Positions 58,944-64,000 of a DNA stretch of 64,000 nucleotides are shown here, piece after piece (position 1 is the stretch's first letter; the number at the start of each line of letters is the position of its first letter). The DNA lies in contig MKVR01000052.1 of assembly GCA_001899235.1 (NCBI GenBank), forward strand, positions 98,944-162,943. The letters are read 5' to 3'. Source of the stretch: Nitrosospira sp. 56-18 (lineage in GTDB: Bacteria > Pseudomonadota > Gammaproteobacteria > Burkholderiales > Nitrosomonadaceae). Both the position numbers and the translations under genes were made by a program. The notes under the pieces are model-generated. The model made no database searches and was not told the origin of the DNA. It was given only the letters and a program-made list of their open reading frames with translations.

Positions 58944-61900
58944 TCAGGAGGGTGGATTCTCAAATTTACGGTAGAGGGCGGGAAGCATGGTCAGGACCAG
59001 CAACGTCGCAGTGACCAGCCCGCCGATGATCACCACGGCAAAGGGTTTGACCGTTTCCGATCCCACGCTGGTGGATAGCGCCGCGGGCAGCAATCCCAGC
59101 ATTGCCATCAGGGCCGTCATCACCACGGGACGCAGCCGGCTGACGGAACCTTGCATGATGGCGTCTTCGAGCGGAACGCCTTCGCGCCTGAGCAAATTGA
59201 TCTGGGATAGCAGGATTACGCCATTTTGCACCGCGATGCCGAACAGCGCAATGAATCCCACCGCCGCTGAAACGCTCAGGTGGATGCCGGTCAGCAGCAG
59301 CGCTACCAACCCCCCTATCAGCGAAAATGGAACATTCATGACGATCAGGGAGGCATTCCTGATCGAGCGGAATGCCCAGAACAGTAGCACGAAAATCAAG
59401 ATGAAACTAACGGGGACAATAAAGTAAAGCCGCTTCATCGCGCGTTCCTGATTTTCGAACTGGCCGCTCCAGACCATCCTGTAGCCCGGCTGCAGATGCA
59501 CCTGCCGGCCGATCTTTTTCTGCGCCTCGGCCACGAAACTCCCCTGGTCGCGTCCTATCAGATTGCATTTGATCGCGATGCGCCGCATGTTGTTTTCGCG
59601 GCTGATGCGCGAAGCCCCCTGGGTCAGGCTGATGTCCGCCAGGTCGGCCAGCGGAATGCGGCTCCCGTTGGCGGACAGCACGGTGATATCCTCGATGGCC
59701 GCAACCGAATCGCGCGCCGAGCTGATGAGCCGTACCGAAACGTCGAAACGGCGTTCACCTTCCAGCATTTGCGTCGCAGCCTTGCCTCCGACCGCCATGG
59801 CGATCACATCTTCCACATCCGCCACATTGATCCCGTGGCGCGCAACCTTTTCCCGATTGATGGAAATCACCAGTTGCGCCAGTCCGGCCTGCTGTTCGGC
59901 AGCCACATCGGTGGCCCCCTTCATGGAGCGCAGGATACCCGTGATCTGGTCGGCTTTCTCCTGAAGAATATCCAGGTCTTCGCCAAATATCTTGATGGCA
60001 ATTTCACCCTTCACCCCGGAAATGGCTTCTTCCACATTATCCTGGATCACCTGGGAAAAATTGAACTGCAGCCCGGGAAATGCCTCCAGGCGCCTCTGCA
60101 TGGCCTCGACAAGCTCGTCCTTGCTGCGATAACGCCAGGTGTTCTTCGGCTTGAGATCGATGAGCACTTCCAGATTGTTGAAACCCTTGGGGTCAGTACC
60201 ATCCTCGGGACGTCCCAGTTGCGTCAGTATCGACTTCGCCTCGCGGAATTCGAGCAGGCGGGCACGCACTTCCTTTTCCAGATCCTTGGCCTTGCTCAGG
60301 GAAATCGGGGTGGGCAGGGTAATGGTCAGCCAGACGTTGCCCTCGTCCAGCTTGGGCATGAATTCCGTGCCTATCAAGGGAAAGGAAGCCAGGGACAAAG
60401 CCAGCATCAGGCCCGCACCCAGGAACAGCCTGCGGGGGTGGCGCAGCACGGCTTCCAGCAGCGCGTGGTAACGCTGTTCCATGGCCTGCACGAGGGGATT
60501 GTGCGATTCGGTCAGCCGCGGCCCCACCAGATAGCTCAGCAGCACGGGAATCAGGGTCAGGCTGATGAGCAGTGAACCGAGCAAGGCAAACGTGAGTGTA
60601 AAGGCCATTGGAGAAAAAATTTTTTCTTCGACGCGCTGAAAGGTAAAAATAGGCAGGAAAGCAATAATCAGAATGGCCTTGGAAAACAGTATGGGCCGCG
60701 CCATCTCCACGGTGGTCATGAGCATGGATTGGCGCATGTGGGCCACGGGCGCCTGCTGCCGCATTGCCAGCGTGATCTTCACCATAATCGCCTCCACCAG
60801 CACCACGGCGCTATCCACGATGATGCCGAAGTCGATCGCTCCAAGGGAAATCAGGTTGGCGGAGACATGCATCGCATCGATCATGATGAATGCAAACAAC
60901 AGCGACAGCGGAATGACGATGATGACTATCGCCGAGGCCCATACGCGGCGGAGAAAAACAAGCAACACCACCAGAATGAGCACGGCGCCTTCCACCATGT
61001 TCTTCTCGACCGTCTGCACGGTGTGCTGTATCAATTCCGTGCGGTCGTATATCGGCACGATGCTGACCCCGCGGGGCAAGCCATGGCTATTGAGGTAGTC
61101 GATTTTTTCCTTTACGCCATTCAGCACTTCCATGGCATTCCTGCCCTTGATGAGCAGGACGATGCCCTGGACCACGTCATCGGCCCCGTTGTAGCCGACA
61201 ATGCCGATACGTGGCTGTGGGCCTATCGTCACCTCGGCAATATTCCTGACGAAGATCGGAACATCGTCCCGGCTGGCAACGACAATATTTCCGATTTCGT
61301 CTTCGGATTTCAGCAAGCCTGTCCCGCGCACCATCAGCGCCTCATGGCCATAATCCAGGTATCCACCGCCGATATTGGCATTATTCATGGCAATGGCCCG
61401 GTAAACGTCCGGAAGGGTCAGCTTGTAATTCCTCAGCCTGACTGGATCGACCTGCACCTGGTATTGCTTGACGCCACCACCAAAGGCAACCACGTCGGCC
61501 ACTCCCTGGACGGACCGCAGGGTCCGTTCGATCTCCCAGTCCTGCAGGGCCCGCTGTTCCACCAGGGGGACGCCAGGAGCCTCGATGCGGTATCGGAAAA
61601 TTTCGCCGATACCGGTCGTCAGGGGTCCCAGCATGGGCTTGACGTCTCCCGGCAGGCTGACGCTCTTCAAGCGTTCCAGCACCTGCTGCCGCGAGAAATA
61701 ATCCTCGGCATCGTCATCGAATATCAGGGTGACCACGGACAGTCCGAAAATGGACACCGAACGCATATTGATCATATGCGGGAGACCGTTCATTTCTTTC
61801 TCGATCGGCAGGCTGATCAGTTTCTCCACTTCTTCCGGAGCCTGGCCTGGGTATTGGGTCACCACCTGTACGAATACATTCTGAACATCGGGAAAAGCCT

Positions 61901-62009
61901 GGACAGGGAGGCGTTCGAAAGAAACGATGCCGAAGGCGGCCAGCAATACCGACGTGCTGATGATCAACAGGCGCTGCTGCAGGCAGAAAGCAATGATTCT
62001 ATGGATCAT
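58944..62009 (-). CDS. czcA: CzcA/CusA family heavy-metal efflux RND permease
   Basis: AFPDV.NV.VQV, SLGAIDFGIIVDSAVV.VE, GFIALFGIAVQNG, RLRPVVMTA. Confidence 0.9.
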   Translation of the reverse strand: MIHRIIAFCLQQRLLIISTSVLLAAFGIVSFERLPVQAFPDVQNVFVQVVTQYPGQAPEEVEKLISLPIEKEMNGLPHMINMRSVSIFGLSVVTLIFDDDAEDYFSRQQVLERLKSVSLPGDVKPMLGPLTTGIGEIFRYRIEAPGVPLVEQRALQDWEIERTLRSVQGVADVVAFGGGVKQYQVQVDPVRLRNYKLTLPDVYRAIAMNNANIGGGYLDYGHEALMVRGTGLLKSEDEIGNIVVASRDDVPIFVRNIAEVTIGPQPRIGIVGYNGADDVVQGIVLLIKGRNAMEVLNGVKEKIDYLNSHGLPRGVSIVPIYDRTELIQHTVQTVEKNMVEGAVLILVVLLVFLRRVWASAIVIIVIPLSLLFAFIMIDAMHVSANLISLGAIDFGIIVDSAVVLVEAIMVKITLAMRQQAPVAHMRQSMLMTTVEMARPILFSKAILIIAFLPIFTFQRVEEKIFSPMAFTLTFALLGSLLISLTLIPVLLSYLVGPRLTESHNPLVQAMEQRYHALLEAVLRHPRRLFLGAGLMLALSLASFPLIGTEFMPKLDEGNVWLTITLPTPISLSKAKDLEKEVRARLLEFREAKSILTQLGRPEDGTDPKGFNNLEVLIDLKPKNTWRYRSKDELVEAMQRRLEAFPGLQFNFSQVIQDNVEEAISGVKGEIAIKIFGEDLDILQEKADQITGILRSMKGATDVAAEQQAGLAQLVISINREKVARHGINVADVEDVIAMAVGGKAATQMLEGERRFDVSVRLISSARDSVAAIEDITVLSANGSRIPLADLADISLTQGASRISRENNMRRIAIKCNLIGRDQGSFVAEAQKKIGRQVHLQPGYRMVWSGQFENQERAMKRLYFIVPVSFILIFVLLFWAFRSIRNASLIVMNVPFSLIGGLVALLLTGIHLSVSAAVGFIALFGIAVQNGVILLSQINLLRREGVPLEDAIMQGSVSRLRPVVMTALMAMLGLLPAALSTSVGSETVKPFAVVIIGGLVTATLLVLTMLPALYRKFENPPS

Positions 62010-63187
62010 CGTGCGCTTTCGCCACTTTGCTGCTCCGTGTCCTGCTCGGTACGCAACAGCAACGCACCTCCCACCACCAACCGCTCACCCGGCTTCAACC
62101 CATCCAGAACCACCGCCCGGTCCCTGAAACGCAGGCCCAGAGTGACCTGCCGCTTCTGGTAATGGTAATCGCCGATATTCACATAGACCCAATCGGATTC
62201 ATGTTCGGGAAATATCGCGGTAAGCGGCACGACAATGGCCAGATCGTTCGCTTCGCTTTGTACCATGACGCTGGCGAACATGGCGGGCAACAGCTTGTTC
62301 TCCACATTGGGCAACACACACCGGACTTTTACGGTGCGCGTGGCTTCATCCACCACCTGGCTGATGTAATTGACGGTGGCGGAAAAATTTTCTCCCTTGT
62401 ACGCGGCAACCCGCAGCGTGACCGTTGCGCCAGTGCGAATCTGCCCGATATCCTTCTCGAAAATATCCATTTGCAGCCATAGCTGATCCAGGTTCGAAAT
62501 GACGAACAGCGGCTCCGCCAGATCGGGGCGTATTTCCATGCCAGGATTGATATTGCGCTCGGTGACGATCCCCGAAAGCGGCGCATGCAGGATGAAGCGG
62601 TTGTCGGTACGCCGGGCGCGAGCTCCCAGGTTGGCCAGCTTCAGGCGCGCCCGTTCCGCCTCGCTGCGCGCGCGCACCAGCACATCTTCCGCCTGTTCCC
62701 GCTCCTTGCGCGAGGAAATACCATTATCATACAACTCCTGCACGCGGTCGAAAGCGCGGCTGGCGAGATTCAGGTCTGATGCGGCATTCGCATAGTCCGA
62801 CTGCGCCTGGCCCAGCTCCGGGCTATCCAGCTCGACCAGCGCATCGCCCTTCCGGACGGATTGGCCCAGTGCGGCAATGCCGCCGATGACACGCCCCGCG
62901 ATCGGCGAGGACACGCGCGCGGTCCGGGTCTCGTCATAAGTGATCTTGCCCGTCACGGCGTCCAGAATCGGGCGCTGCACCAGTTCGATGACGACATCTT
63001 TTATGAAGTCGCGCTTGGGGGAATCCGAGGGAAGAACGACCTCGTCCCTGGGGTGGATGGGAGCGGCGGGCGCCTGTTCGTTATCCTGGCGCTGGCATCC
63101 CAGCAGCGACAGGCCCAATAATCCCGTGGCAATATACCGGACGATGGGCCGGGTCTTGCCTGTTCTTTTTGCCGGGATCGGACTCAT
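62006..63187 (-). CDS. czcB: RND periplasmic adaptor (CzcB-like)
   Basis: Lipobox LLG-C; VSSPIAGRV, LHAPLSG.V, TRTVKVR, GL..GE..V..GA. Confidence 0.88.
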   Translation of the reverse strand: MSPIPAKRTGKTRPIVRYIATGLLGLSLLGCQRQDNEQAPAAPIHPRDEVVLPSDSPKRDFIKDVVIELVQRPILDAVTGKITYDETRTARVSSPIAGRVIGGIAALGQSVRKGDALVELDSPELGQAQSDYANAASDLNLASRAFDRVQELYDNGISSRKEREQAEDVLVRARSEAERARLKLANLGARARRTDNRFILHAPLSGIVTERNINPGMEIRPDLAEPLFVISNLDQLWLQMDIFEKDIGQIRTGATVTLRVAAYKGENFSATVNYISQVVDEATRTVKVRCVLPNVENKLLPAMFASVMVQSEANDLAIVVPLTAIFPEHESDWVYVNIGDYHYQKRQVTLGLRFRDRAVVLDGLKPGERLVVGGALLLRTEQDTEQQSGESAR

Positions 63188-63241
63188 CGGTTCAAATGGG
63201 AACGGCGACGGATATCACGGCGTGGGGAGTCGAACCAGGCC

Positions 63242-64000
63242 CTAGCCATCGCGGCGTCTCGCGCCCCGCGGCAAATTCCCGGTTTCCTCTCCATATGCCA
63301 TCAGCAGGTCCGCCCACGCCTTGCTCCGATTGGCCAGGGCATTGTAATAATCAAGCATTATCGCCCTGTAGCTGCGCTGCGCGTCGATCAGATCGAGAAC
63401 GCCGATCGCGCCTTTCTGATAGGCGAGTTCCTGTGCCGAGCGCAATTTTTCGATCCGCTTGATTACCGATGTTTCAAAACGCCGCGCTATGGCATCCGCG
63501 CTTTGCCAGGCAGCCAGAGCCTTCAATACCTCTGTTTTCACTCCCTGTTCGGCCTGCGCCAGCGCCAATTCGGTCGAGGTCACGCCCACGCGAGCCTTGG
63601 AAATCTCTCCTTTCTGCTGATAAAACAGCGGAATGGGCAAGCTGATTCCCACACCTGCGGAGTCCGCGAAGAAATTGCCGGCATCGCGATCGTAGAAAGC
63701 GCTGACAGTCACGTCGGGAATGACCTGCCGCTGCGCCAGGGTCAACATCTTCTTGGCCTGGGCGATGCGCACCCTTGCGGCTTTCATATCCGGCCGGCTT
63801 TCCAGCGCCCGCTCGACCAGCCGCTCCTGCCCGGCCGTCGCAATCTCCGGAGCGGCTTCGGGCCAGGCTTCGACCGCGGCGACATCCATGCTGTTTGCCG
63901 GCCAGCCCAGCAACAGCAGCAGATCCGCCCGCGCCTGGTCCAGGGCTGCGCGGGCCTGATCCTGGTCACCCTGAATTTTCAGGCTTTCCACCTCGATGCG
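63242..64000 (-). CDS. czcC: TolC/CzcC family outer-membrane efflux protein, 5' part outside window
   Basis: ALESRPD, GISLPIPLF.Q.KGEI, YQKGAIGVLDLIDAQR; frame open to the window edge. Confidence 0.85.
   Translation of the reverse strand, partial: RIEVESLKIQGDQDQARAALDQARADLLLLLGWPANSMDVAAVEAWPEAAPEIATAGQERLVERALESRPDMKAARVRIAQAKKMLTLAQRQVIPDVTVSAFYDRDAGNFFADSAGVGISLPIPLFYQQKGEISKARVGVTSTELALAQAEQGVKTEVLKALAAWQSADAIARRFETSVIKRIEKLRSAQELAYQKGAIGVLDLIDAQRSYRAIMLDYYNALANRSKAWADLLMAYGEETGNLPRGARRRDG

Overview
A 64-kb chromosomal window from a GC-rich betaproteobacterium. It is probably Nitrosospira/Nitrosomonadales-like; this is an inference from four PEP-CTERM proteins, the gltX-tRNA-Ala-tRNA-Glu block and the overall gene style. 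Core or housekeeping genes: queH, tex, a complete mrp/pha Na+(K+)/H+ antiporter operon, an MsrA-Trx-MsrB fusion, gltX, three tRNAs, putA, a PA0069-type radical SAM gene and a czc/cus-type RND efflux operon cut by the right edge. They are interspersed with accessory DNA: two TA pairs, an AT-rich DUF2971-like gene, a McrA-like HNH nuclease, a TetR + PEP-utilizer phosphotransferase, many small secreted proteins, and several REP/MITE families. No CRISPR array, rRNA, intact transposase or integrase was seen. The most notable unexplained signals are: (1) a secreted beta-propeller with His at the same position in six blade motifs, encoded with a SCO copper chaperone and a third secreted protein, a candidate new periplasmic copper enzyme system (50.6-53.3 kb); (2) four dispersed paralogs of an unrecognised ~70-aa family (24.5-27.8 kb); (3) two paralogous promoter-hairpin-terminator units that look like sRNA genes with UCCC loops (30.4 and 32.1 kb); (4) two copies of a composite element with IS200-like ends around a GTAG REP doublet; (5) an OmpA-domain protein with eCIS-cargo-like N-terminal motifs. 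All family assignments come from motif recognition by eye, not from database searches.
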